64,000 nucleotides of DNA from Parasitella parasitica NRRL 2501 (Eukaryota > Fungi > Mucoromycota), in NCBI GenBank assembly GCA_025201805.1, contig MU619239.1, positions 161,681-225,680 of the forward strand, read 5' to 3'. Position 1 is the stretch's first letter, and each line of letters starts with the position of its first letter. Position numbers and translations under genes: made by a program. Shown here piece after piece: positions 1-12,145 of this stretch. The notes beneath the pieces were generated by a model. The model was not told where the DNA came from, did not search any database, and was given only the letters and a program-made list of their open reading frames with translations.

Positions 1-35
1 ATAGCTCTGACATTTGATTCTCCGTTGGGATACAG

Positions 36-1169
36 ATTTCATCCACACTCAAAAGAGAAACCCTCAAACCAACTGCGGTGACCCTGACGCCTTCTGGGAT
101 TTCTTGTCTCTTGTCCCTGAATCCATCCACCAAGTCACCATTCTTTTCTCCAACCGTGGTACTCCTGATGGCTACCGTTACCTCAATGGCTACTCTTCCC
201 ACACACTCAAGTTGGTAGCTGAGGACGGCAGCTTCAAGTATGTCAAGTGGCATTTCAAGACAGATCAAGGCATCAGAAATTTGAAGGCTGACCAGGCTGG
301 TCAGATCGCCGGTTCCGATCCCGATTATGCCACTCGTGATCTCTTCAACTCTATCGAACATGGTGAGTATCCTTCTTGGTCTGTCTATGTCCAAGTTATG
401 GAGCCTGAGGATGCCAAGAAGTATCGCTTCAACCCCTTCGATGTCACCAAGATTTGGTCTCACAAGGTAAGCTATCTTAACATAGTGGGAAGCGCGCATA
501 CAGATAAATGCGTGGGGTAGCGCTTTTCTCATCACATGCTAACAGTGCATTTTCATGCGATTTTAATAGGATTATCCTCTTCAGCCTGTCGGTAAGATGA
601 CATTGAACCGCAATCCCGAAAACTACTTTGCCGAGACTGAGCAAGCCGCCTTCTCTCCTGCTCACACTGTTCCTGGCATTGATGTCTCACCTGACCGCAT
701 GTTGCAAGGCCGTCTCTTCTCTTACCCCGATACCCACCGCCATCGTCTTGGTACCAACTATGCTCAAATCCCTATCAACCAACCTCATTCTCGTGTCGCC
801 AACCACCAACGTGATGGTGCCATGGCCGTCTTGGGCAACGGCGGCTCTGCTCCCAACTACGAGCCCAACTCCTTTGGTGGCCCTTACCAAACCAACGTTG
901 CCGCTTCCACTTTCACTGCTGAAGAAATCCACGGCGCAACTGGCCGCTTCACTTACGGCTTGACTGACGATGACTTTGTTCAAGCTGGCGATTTGTATCG
1001 TCTCATGCCCGCCGAAGAAAAGACTGACTTGGTCAACAACATTGCTAGTCACTTGAAGAACGCCAAGAAGCACATTCGCGAACGTCAAATTGCTCACTTT
1101 AAGCGTGCTGATTCCGAGTATGGTTCTCGCATTGAAGAGACCATCTTGGCCCTCGGCTCCAAAGCTTAA
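36..1169 (+). CDS. Monofunctional heme catalase, 5' part outside the window (exons 36-466, 570-1169)
   Basis: Motifs [45 protein letters not shown] (proximal heme ligand signature). GT-AG intron 467-569 restores frame (HK|[10 protein letters not shown]). Confidence 0.97.
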
Positions 1170-1620
1170 GTATCTTTTTTGTCAACTTTATTATTTATTT
1201 CTAAAGATTCTACCTCTTTAAAAAAAAATTGCTTGATTTTTACAATTAATAAAAAAAAAAGCATTTGTTCAAATGTACAATAATTCATAAAGCTACTTTT
1301 TGTTTTTTTTTTCTTCATTATACTGATATATAGTACACAATCTCAGTAAGCAAAAAAGAATATTGGTAAATGAAACGTGGTAAAATGAGAAATGTATATA
1401 CGGGATTTGATAAGCTGTTGCGTGTGCAATTGGATTGATGAGTGTTTATATAAAAGAGTAGAGCCATAGCACCAATTTAAAGTATTAAAAGCATACATAG
1501 TCTTTGCTTGAATGCTCATAGTATCTGCTTTGGCAATCTTTTTGGCAAGTGTACATGTAAATCTTTGGTTGCCCAACAACAATTTTAAAAGGCAATGCAA
1601 TTGTAACATGCCAAATTTTA

Positions 1621-2788
1621 TTAAAGTTTGCTATTCTTTTCATCGTAGAAAGGGTAATCTGTATACCCAATAGCATCGTGAGTGTAAAAGGTCTTTCTAT
1701 TATAATTGTTGAGATTATACTCATTCTTAATCCTCTCTGGGAGATCAGGGTTTGCGATAAATGCACGACCAAAAGCGATCAGATTACCGGTTTTTTCAGC
1801 AAGCTCAACAGAATGTTTGATTGCAGTAGAGAAACCACCTGCTGTGATAAATGGCCCCTCCCAGAGCTGACGATAATGGTCAAGTGTATCCACCGTGTTC
1901 ACTTTGCCGTCAACAGCAAAGTCAGAGCGTGCTTCAATAAAATGGAGATAGGCCAGGCTGGGATGATTCTTTTGAAGTTGCGTGGTCAAATAGCCCCAGG
2001 TTTTAACAGGATCCTCATCTTTCATGCCCTGAACAGATCCGTTGGGAGAGAATCGAATTGCAGTACGATCGGCGCCAATGGCAGCAACAATACTATCAAC
2101 AATCTCCAATGTCAGACGGCCACGGTTTTCAGTTGACCCTCCGTATTCATCAGTTCTCTTATTTGTACTAGAGTTGACGAATTGGTCCAACAGGTAGCCG
2201 TTGGCGTTATGGATTTCGATGCCATCGAACCCAGCCTCGATAGCATTGAGGGCGGCTTGACGATACGTTTGAACCAGCTCTTTTACCTCCAGGGTCTCAA
2301 GAGGGCGGGGTGTTTCATATGGTTTTCCATTGGGCTTTGTTCCTGGAATAGGTATAGCAGATGCAGAGACGATGGACTCCCTGTTAGGGTTCAAATTAGA
2401 CGAACCGGCTCTGCCTAGATGCCATAATTGCAAAAAGATAACTGCTCCCTTTTCGTGAACAGCAGTTGTTACCTTCTTCCAGGCATCTATTTGCTCTTGG
2501 TTGTAGATGCCCGGTGCTTGACGATAACCACCAGCAAGTCTGCTAATGAATGTTGCTTCCGTAATCAATAATCCTCCAGGGGTAGCTCTTTGCGAATAGT
2601 AATCAACCAGTAAATCAGTCGGCACTGCTTGTTCTAAAGTAGCTCGAAACCTTTTATCAGAAGAGTTAGATAGGTCATCATGGATACTGATTGAAAACAT
2701 GTACAATATACCTCGTCAAAGGCGCCAAAACAATACGGTGCTGGAGCTGATGTCGACCAATTTTGATGGGTTCAAAGGCTTTTGTCAT
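1621..2788 (-). CDS. Old Yellow Enzyme / NADH:flavin oxidoreductase (exons 2788-2712, 2650-1621)
   Basis: MTKAFEPIKIGRHQLQHRIVLAPLTR|FRA, YYSQRA, QLWHLGR, GFDGIEIHNANGYLLDQF, GRAFIANPDLP, GYTDYP. Ends in SKL. The ORF-track start lies in an intron. Confidence 0.96.
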
Positions 2789-3299
2789 TTGATTTGTATG
2801 TGTCAGTGATGGAAAAAAAGAAAAAAAAAAAAAAGAAGAGAAACACAAAGAGGTACGTAAAACTTTGATCTTGAAAAAGCATAATTCTTAATTGCGCTTA
2901 CTAACGACGAATTGTTCAGACCATAGGTGTGGGGGCTTGAAAATGTTTATTGTAAGATTCGTTTCAAATTGTGCGCAGATCCCAAAAATGCAATGAACAA
3001 GCAAATATACAACGTAATAGTGTTTGTAAAGATAGCCATACCTTATCATATACAGACTGCTGTTAGTTTCTCAAATGGGCCTTAATAGATTATACTAAGC
3101 TCTTTGTCCGGTTTTGCAAATCTGAATTTCGAAATAAATCATCAGTTTTGATTTGAGGATCAAACAAGCTCGATTTCCATTTCAATTGATTAGTTGATGT
3201 GCAATTATCAAATGGATATGATGAAAAAAAAATTTTTTTTTTATCGATGCATTTTGACAAGCTTAAAGGAAATGAAGAGTGGATTGTTTGGAATCTTTA

Positions 3300-4570
3300 A
3301 CACACACGAACTCAGCTACAAAATAGCTATTGATTGGTTTCTGCTTTGCCTCGAATAGCGAGAAAATTGGGAATCACATCATTTTCATTGCACCCTTTTG
3401 GATGACCTGATTTGGCCCTGTAATCTTAGGCTGTTTGATTTTTGGCAGATGTAATAAAGCTAAAGTTGTGAAAAAAAATAATAATATTGATGTGTAGGTA
3501 TTGATGCCATGAATTGGATGATTTATCTTGAAGTTTTGGATCTGCTCAAAATTTAAAGTGATTTAGCTGAAAAACCATCAAAAAATCTGTAAACAAAGTT
3601 TGTTGCAAATTTATAGTGTGAAGAAGTCATTTTTTGGAATTATAACCTACATGGTTCAATGCAGAGTTTACAATTCATCATAAATTATTTAGCACGCATA
3701 TCCTATATTCCTATTACTTTCCCATGACATTTGGCAAAAAAGCATTTTAGGATCAAATGGAAACATACTGCTGAGATTGAATCTGCTGCCTCTTCATAAT
3801 CACTGTAAATGAGTGTACCACCTATTTTCAATTGAGGAGCAAAAGCATGATCCTAATAGTAATTTGGGTATATCTTTATATGAATCTATAGCTGAGACAC
3901 AGCATAATATGGTCACAACAAATTATTTTTAAATATCTTTATTTTTGGGTGAAATAAATACTATCAAATCTAAAACATACTTCTTCTCCCTGCTTAAGGG
4001 TCTAATATGCAATCTCTAGTATCTTTGCAAAGTATTAAGCGATAGAGACACAAATTTCAGCCAAAATGTTGCTTTTTTGCACCATTCTACAACATGTCCA
4101 AGTCTCATGTACCTCTGACCATTTCTCAGAATTTTTCTATGTTGGGACCCCAAACCTCATATTCGATTTTCAGTTTTCAACTTTGGGTCAACCTTCAGGG
4201 TCATTTTTAGCTACGGATTTGGGGTTCAAGCCAAGTATACATCCAAGTACTGGTTTAATAACTGTACCTTACTACGTTTTCTGATTCTCGATATCTTTCT
4301 TTGCTGTCGAGATATTACCAAAATCAGATTTTGCAGATTTGGCAGATTTTTCAGCACATGCTCCTATAACAAGTACCATATTTTGCAATTAAAGCATGTT
4401 TAAGTTTTTAAGTAAAGAAATAGAGCACATTTTGGTACACCTGCTGGTATTAAAAATGTCATACCTATACTTGAATTCGGCATGCTTGACCCGATTGTGT
4501 CTTTTTACGTTAAACTTTGACTCCCTGTTTCTCCACAAACCACCAAGACACTTTGGCTTGAGTCATTATT
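3300..4570 (+). repeat. Diverged ~1.4 kb non-coding repeat, copy 1 (boundaries approximate)
   Basis: Collinear blocks shared with 4730-5965: agctacaaaatagcta, tgatttttggcaga..taataaagcta, caaatggaaac..actgctgagattgaat, ttttcagttttcaactttggg.ca.ccttcagggtcattttag, acacttt..cttgagt.att. Confidence 0.88.
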
Positions 4571-4729
4571 AAAATCTGCTTGAAACTTAATTTCCTACTA
4601 GCTGCATTAATTTTAGATAGATATGTAGAAAAAAATATTTTTCATGTTTTTAGCAGAGGCTGGATTTATTTTCATAACTTTGAAAGCAAAAACTGCTATT
4701 TAAAGTTGCTTATTATAGCAATGCATAGA

Positions 4730-5965
4730 TGGAGCTACAAAATAGCTACAAAATGGTTTTTGTTTCATAAAAAAAGAATGATATAATGGAGAAAAAGGGA
4801 ATTAGGTTAATACCCTTTTGAAGGTTCCATTTTGTCTGCATAAACCTAAGGACGAAAAATCGTAAAATCAATTGGGTCTCGACAAGATTTTGATTTTTGG
4901 CAGAAATAATAAAGCTACAGTGGCGAACAAAATATTGATGTGTAGCTATTAACATAATAGTTTGTTTGGTCAAGTTTATAGAGCTGGATGTGCTCAAAAT
5001 ATGGTTGCTTTCACTCAAAAACTATCAAAAAGGGCATTTTTTGAATATTTAAAAATTGGTAATAAGAAAATATGTTTACATAGCCTTTTTATTTACATGG
5101 TTGACTTCAGAATTTATTTATTGTTAGAAAACACTTATTTATCATATCCAATATACCTATTACTTCCTTGAGATATGTAGCAATGAACTATGCGAAAAAA
5201 GCTCGAATCTGGTTTCGGCCAAATGGAAACGGACTGCTGAGATTGAATTTACAACCTATTTTGTTCTGTAATTTAGTGCACCGCCTATGTTCAATTGAGA
5301 AGCAAAGCATAATTGTAATAAGTAACTTAAGTATGTCTCAATATGAATCAAAAGCTCAGAAACAGTATAATACGATCTCAAAAATAATTTTTATTGACCT
5401 TCATTTATGATTAAAATGAATGCTACCAAATCTGAAATACTATCCTTTTTCCCGCCTAAAGGCATAATCTGCAATCTTTAATATCTTTACAAACTATTAA
5501 GCAATGGAGACGCCTTTCTTAGTCAAACTCCAACTATTTTGCTTTACTCTACAACATTTTTAAGCCTCATAAATCTTTGGCCATTTTTCAGATTTTGGTA
5601 TGTTTGGATCCCAAATCTCATATTCAATTTTCAATTTTCAGTTTTCAACTTTGGGCCAGCCTTCAGGGTCATTTTTAGGTACGGATTTGGGGTCTAAACT
5701 AAGAATACAGGCTAATACTAGTATAATAACTGTACCTCACTACTTTTGCTGGTTTTATAAAATATGATGTTCTATAAGAAGTATCAGAATTTGCAAGTAA
5801 ATCGTGTGCAAGTCTCTAAGCAAACATGCAGAGCACGTTTTGGCACATCTATTTGAATAAAATATGCTTTGATATAGCCTGAATTCGACAATTTTGAGGC
5901 AATTTAGGGTTTTTACAGTAAACTTTATTGTATAATCATTAAAACACTTTGACTTGAGTAATTTT
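4730..5965 (+). repeat. Diverged ~1.4 kb non-coding repeat, copy 2 (tandem to copy 1)
   Basis: Same blocks as copy 1, offset by about 1.40-1.47 kb. Confidence 0.88.
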
Positions 5966-7233
5966 CTTTTGTATGCTTATGGCAGAGATTTGATGTTTCT
6001 TTATGAATTATCGAGGCAATAAAGGATATTTAAAGATACACACATTTTTGAATTCTCGCCTTTTTGGTTAGCCTCTCGTATGTGTAATAGTTTAAGCTTA
6101 AATATTTTTCCTATACCTCATAATATGCAATTCCTTTATTAGAGATCTGATTCGTATACAAAGACTTTATTGAAACGCCTTCTTTGTTTTACGCTCATTG
6201 CGCATTAATTCGCTTCGTTCAATCTGCCATCATACCTTCGTAAATTCGAAACCGCAACATCAACAGAAGCAAAATTGCATAAACCACTTCAACCTGTCTT
6301 TATAATAAATACATACGTCGGCGCATCTCTCTTTATTTGGTAATAAAATGAATACCTGTTCACGGTGGGCTATTGCTTCTGATATGGTGACAGCGAGATA
6401 ATGCTAATGATCCGCCACGCAGTAAAGACATTTTGTGAATGGCCAACCATGATGTTTGGCCAGTGATATCATTTTTATTGGTTGGTCTCGCCCAACGCTA
6501 ATACAACCCTTACAACCCTTCTTTTTTTTTTTATAAGTATAGTATTAGTTGATTAGAATACGGCACTCAGTTTGGAAGCACCTTGATTTTCTCACTGCAG
6601 TGTTACATCGAAAATCCCAGAAATCTAGGGACAGTCGTTCAATTCGTTCATCCTTTTATTTAAATAAAGCTGACATCTCCTAAAATATACTTGTGCCATG
6701 CACAGCTAAACTGCACAGAAAAACTCATTCAAGATAGTGTAAAGTTTGTCTAGTGTCTTTAGCAATGAATTCGAAATTGATGCACAATGTTTTGATTGGT
6801 CTAATGGCGATGCTACTGGTTGATGTTTTGAGCTTGTGGTTTATACAAAACACATAGCACAAAGCAGTATGTATTATGCATGCAAAAGTGCATTAGCTTT
6901 AATGGAAAAAAGAAAGAAACAAAAGTAAATCTCTTTTGATCATTAGACGAGATCGTGTATTATACGGTACAGCATGCATTAAAAGCGCATTGAAGGCCCG
7001 TACCGAGAAAAATCGCAGGTGCGGTAGTTGGAAATTGATGCTTTTCATTGTAGGCTTTCGAAACCAACTGAAAAGGAAAAGCAAAAATATCCCTCTATTT
7101 ACGGGTTTGTCTTTGCAATATAATATACACTTTCTTTTTCTCTTTTTCTTTTTTCTTTTCTTCTTGTTTCAGCCGCAACACAGCAACGGGTTAATCCACA
7201 GAAGACTTTCTGCCAATACACCACTTCTATAGA

Positions 7234-9766
7234 ATGGAGGGCGAGACATCGATACAAAAAGCAACACATTCCGCCTTCAAGCATCTTGGATTATCAGACA
7301 CAGTCAAAAGTCAAAGTCAAGGGTCTTTATTCGATGGCAGCAGCAGCAGCAACAATTCACCCAGGAATGGCTTCCTCGAAGCAGACATGAGCGACTCTGT
7401 GTTTGACTATCCACTGCGAAAGCAATGCTCTACATCCATTCTACAGTCTTCCGGCCATTCTCTGGGAGCCTCTGCGTCGTATCCCAACTTAATTGTGAAG
7501 GACGATCTGCGGATTCTTCATCGCACACCAACTCCTCCATTCTCTTCATCGCCACCTCCCTCCACCGCTGCTGGGCAAGATATTACCGATAATGGATCAG
7601 AGGACAAATTTCTCACTATGGATCCCTTGGATTTAGCCAATTTTAGAAAGTGGATTGTTGGATTTTGTATTGTGAATTTTGATTTGGAGATTGGTCAAGG
7701 TATTTATAGCGAAAACCCCTTTTAATTACTTTCCAAAACTAAAAATGCTCCTTAGCTTTGGACTATGCTTATCCTCCAATGGATTTGACTATTACGGAAC
7801 AAAAGAATATGTAAAGTATTTCATTATGGCGATTTGTCTGTGTTTGTTTGGAGCTAACCTGACTCCGTTCAGATGCTTTACTGCATTTCCAGATTCAAAC
7901 GTGTTTGAAGTGGGAGATCAAATATTTAATATACGTGTCAGAGCTAGCACATCTAAATTCGCCGCATCAGGTAAAAATTCCTAAAGGGAGGGGGGGGGGG
8001 GGGGGGGCCACTTCCGTTATTTTACTCATTCATAGCATAGGCCCTACTGCTGATGCTGGATTTTTGTACGGCTATGTGTTTTTTAGACAGAAAAAAGACC
8101 CAACCATCAGACGAGGGTATTTCCAAGCAAGTGTTTTCGGCGTACAATGAAAAAAAGCGCTGTGGGTCTAACCAAACTTTTTTTCGCTTTCAACCAGAAA
8201 TCATTGGTTTTACTATCGCAACACCCATTCGTCGGATTGTTCTCCAGAGTCGTTTCAATTTTAGGCCCGGCTTACTTTGACGCTGGACAGCCAATGTTGG
8301 AAGCAGCATGCATGAATATAGCGCAGTGGTAAATTTAGACGTGGATGAGCGATGACAAAAGGGATTAAAAATGTGTTTCAGGAAATCGCCTCATGAGGGC
8401 AAAGTCATTGATTTGCCATTTCTCGGTCGGCTATTGCAAGTGGAACTACCTACACCGTTTAAACCTCAACTATTAGAAACAACGCCTTTTGATATGAATA
8501 AATTACAACCGGATGTGCAGGTAAGTCGAGCAAAGATAGCAGGCTAGATCAATCACTGATACAACTCCAAAAAAAAAAAGATCATGGCTTCACTACCAGT
8601 TGGAGGCTTATACCATCATTTTAGAGACATCCTAAAGGATTTATGGCTGCTATGGGAACTGATGCTTTTGGCAGAGCCAATTGTCATCATTGCGCCTGAC
8701 CCAGGTGTTTGCAGCGAAGCAGTTATTTCGCTCGTTGATATTATCAATCCTGTGAGTGTAATTGCATAAAAGACGTTATGATGGTTTCATTAATATGCCT
8801 TTTTGCCCCAGATACCATACTGCGGTGACTATAGACCCTATTTTACTATTCAAGATTCTGATTTCAAAAGTTTTGTTACAAAGAACAAGGTAAAGCGACG
8901 ATTTTGTGCATTGAAATAACAACTGAATTTTTTGTATAGCCATTATCCAGTTTGGTTTTAGGTGTAACTAACCCGTTTTTCAATACCGCTGTTCAGCATT
9001 GGCCCAACATTGTTAGAGTTGGCAAACAACAGCTAAGGTGAGAATGAATATTTTGCATCAATTGGCAACATCTAATTGAATCGTAATTGGTAGAAAACCC
9101 GATGGTACGCTTATTCCTAGTCATATGCAACATATGCATTCTGGAAAATCCAAGCCTGGACTTGGCAATAAATCAAATGTGTTGTTCAATTTCGTACAGG
9201 TAAAAATTTGGGTTATGTAATACGTCATTTTCATTGTTTTGGCATTCTAACTTGTGATATAAGGGAGTTACATCCAAAAGGAAATCTGTTATATCCAGAG
9301 ACCGAGAGCTGGTCAAGATGCTTACTGAGGCATCAGTCAGAGGATATCCGCCTGATTGGGTTTTGAATAACATTTTACGACGGCATTTTGTGGATTTGAC
9401 AGAGAAGTTCCTTGTGCCATTAAATCGATATTTTAGTACATTAATTCCAGTCAATAAGTAAGTTTTTTTTTTTTTTTTTTTTTCTTTGTCTTGCTCTCAA
9501 CAAACAAACTCATCACGTTCTGTTAAAGATCCGCTAATGGAGAAGCGCTCAGATTAAGGCCATTCCAGACCGACCAGTTCATGAAGTCTTTGAAAGAACA
9601 TGGACCACAGCTTCCCTTCAAATCCACTTTCAAAACTCGAACATCTACGACAGACCCCACCAAAGAACTATACTCCCAGTTTTTGAAATGCGGCAACTTT
9701 GCAACTTGGTTACAGCAACGTACTATCAGAGCCGAAGCGGAAATGAACGGAAAACAGATGCTGTAG
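7234..9766 (+). CDS. DENND6/FAM116-like DENN-domain Rab GEF, multi-exon
   Basis: [44 protein letters not shown]|[58 protein letters not shown]. Confidence 0.88.
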
Positions 9767-10043
9767 TTTTGGGTTTCTTGTGTATTTAATTGTAATTTCC
9801 TACATTTAATGTAAATATTTGCTTTTAGTTTATTAATTCAATAAAAATTCCTCCCGCTATCTTGCACTTGGTAGAGACAAGCTTTGTCGTTTTGCGGAGG
9901 AGGCACAAAAAGAACGTGTTTGGTCCTCTGCTGGCTGCCTTTATTTGGCAGGTTTCCATCATGAATAAAAATAACTCTGCTTCCTCTCCTCTTTTTTTCC
10001 TCTTTTCTTTTTTCTTTTTGAATATCGTCTTAGTACATCCATC

Positions 10044-11249
10044 ATGCCTTCATCGTTTACTTCGAAAATCACTCGTATAAAATCTCCTTTTAGAAAGTCC
10101 TCGCCCTCTAATTCTTCGTCTGGATCATCTACACCTTCTTCGTCGTCACCGCCATTACAATCACAATCAAGAGAGCCAAATTTCTACAATGCCCCTGAAC
10201 CCACTGTTGCGACAATGCCAAGGAACTCTATGCCCCAGTCCAGCTTTGCAGAGACTCTCAAAGTGATATCAAAGGAAGCTAATCGTACTCAATTTGACGA
10301 TGTCTTTGATAGCTTCTTTTTTAACGACAAGCGATGTCAGCATCGAGCGTTATTCATGGCTGCCCGCCTCAAGCAAGCCTTGGATGGTGTGATTAACCCA
10401 GGTCGTCCTAGCTCAAATTATGGTCCATTGCGTGAACTGCCTCCAGTAACATTAACACCATCGCATTCTACACCCATAACGTCATCTACCGCTGCATCAT
10501 CAAGTAATACCACTCCTACATCACCTGCGACTACCACTAATACTAAACCCATGGCATCAGTTGACAGTTTCTGGCGTACAGTAGCTCACAGATTATACAC
10601 ACTCAACTACATTCTTTTTGTTTTGCCTGCTGATTCACAATCCAAGGCCCAATTTCTCAATAAATTGGAGGCGGATTTATCACAGAAAAGCGATGGTCAG
10701 GAATTGGAGCGCCGCGGAGGAATGGAAGCTCACTTTGCTGTACGCTATGCACTGGAGCATAAAAGGCCTCGTCGCCGCAAGACCTTGTTGGAAGATGCAT
10801 TTGCTGCAGAAAAACGCAATGGTGGCAGTGTAGCAGGTGCCATCTTACCTCCATCAACTACATCAGATGACACTCACAAAATAAACCGCCTTGTTGAGCA
10901 AGCTAGATTAGTCATTGAACAATGTTTGGAAAGCGAAACCAAGCTGGGACATGCAGAAAAAGATGCCATGTACGTATTTCATGGCATGCGTGCGGGTTTA
11001 CATGGCGCATTCGAGTTGCACATTGAATTGGAAGAAGACAGGTCATTGCGTCATAGACTGAAAAGGACCGTGGACCATAATAGAAAAATGGCAAAACCAA
11101 CTTACGAGAATCCTTTCGAAGACGAAGATTTGATAGTTACTGAAGAGGATGAGTCTTTCTTGGAGGAGGAACACAAACATTCGAGGGAAGTGGATAGTGG
11201 GTTTTATGATGGCTGGTCCAATAATAATAACGCCATGCTGCCAGCTTAA
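10044..11249 (+). CDS. Hypothetical protein, 401 aa, single exon, with S/T/P-rich segments and an acidic C-terminus
   Basis: Uninterrupted 1.2 kb ORF with coding-like composition and AT-rich flanks. No family recognised. Confidence 0.8.
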   Translation: MPSSFTSKITRIKSPFRKSSPSNSSSGSSTPSSSSPPLQSQSREPNFYNAPEPTVATMPRNSMPQSSFAETLKVISKEANRTQFDDVFDSFFFNDKRCQHRALFMAARLKQALDGVINPGRPSSNYGPLRELPPVTLTPSHSTPITSSTAASSSNTTPTSPATTTNTKPMASVDSFWRTVAHRLYTLNYILFVLPADSQSKAQFLNKLEADLSQKSDGQELERRGGMEAHFAVRYALEHKRPRRRKTLLEDAFAAEKRNGGSVAGAILPPSTTSDDTHKINRLVEQARLVIEQCLESETKLGHAEKDAMYVFHGMRAGLHGAFELHIELEEDRSLRHRLKRTVDHNRKMAKPTYENPFEDEDLIVTEEDESFLEEEHKHSREVDSGFYDGWSNNNNAMLPA

Positions 11250-11959
11250 TGATTCTGTATGATATATAATTTCTCCTAATAAACTTTTTCGCTTCCTCTT
11301 TTGCTTTGATTTTTGGCGTTTGATATATTTAATGTACCTTATATTTCCCTTTTGTGGCACTTGTTCAGATCAGAAATATCAAAGTATTTATAGATTCATC
11401 AGCACTTGGAATGTTATTTATAAAAGTATCATCACGCGAATGAAATCTAATCAGTTGTTTGTGCAACAAACAACAAATCCGCCTTCAATATCTGCTACAC
11501 GTATCCATATTGACTATTTGTTGTTGCCAAGATACAATAATATACAGTACTTGATACAATGTGCTAACTGGAAAATGATTGGCCATTTGTTGGCAAAGGA
11601 TTGCCGTTTTCGATTTTTTTTTTTGTCGTTGCTATGTATTTATCCGCACTCGCTTTGCTGTACTGCGGGCTTTGGTTGGACAATAAAGTGATACGGCATA
11701 TTTATTGCCTCCATTTGCATCTTTCTAGAGGGAGCATGCATTGCTTCCTGACAAATCCGGCAAGCCTATGGAGGAACTTTGGAAGATAGGAACTCCCGCG
11801 TCTGCTTAATCCTCTGAATTTGGGGTCTTTCCAGACTCGACACTAGCTCTTCAGTTAATCTGATCGGTGGTTATAGGGTTAATATTGTCTATTACATACA
11901 TCTGATGAAACTTGTCATATTTTGAAGTTCAAGGTAGTCTTTAAAAAAGGTTACGGTTC

Positions 11960-12145
11960 TGGTTGTGAGTCTGTTGATTTTGGATCAAAAACCTTTAATT
12001 GGATTCAGGAACGGTGAGCAAGGTTGAAGACAAACACATTTATGTCCTTCGTATTTCAAAAATCTCTATACAGATAATTTTTTTATGAATGGGTGTGCTA
12101 TCCTGGTGGCAGATAGTTTCCTTTTTTCTGGCATTTTCTTATTCC
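11960..12145 (-). mobile_element. Decayed Tc1/mariner-IS630 (DDE_3) transposase fragment
   Basis: Minus strand reads ..MPEK/GNYLPP/DSTPIH.. then GHKCVCLQPCSPFLNPIKGF*SKI. This resembles the family motifs DNAPIH and LPPYSPxLNPIExxWSKIK, with frameshifts and a stop. Confidence 0.75.

Noticed and set aside
628-2418. Overlapping and antisense ORFs within catalase and OYE (similar ones occur in kinesin, dynactin, SHMT and the BTB gene)
   Set aside because: Shadow ORFs arising from the codon bias of the real genes, with no recognisable motifs
4066-5410. Short 68-90 aa ORFs in the repeat region
   Set aside because: AT-rich, not preserved between repeat copies, and no domain signal
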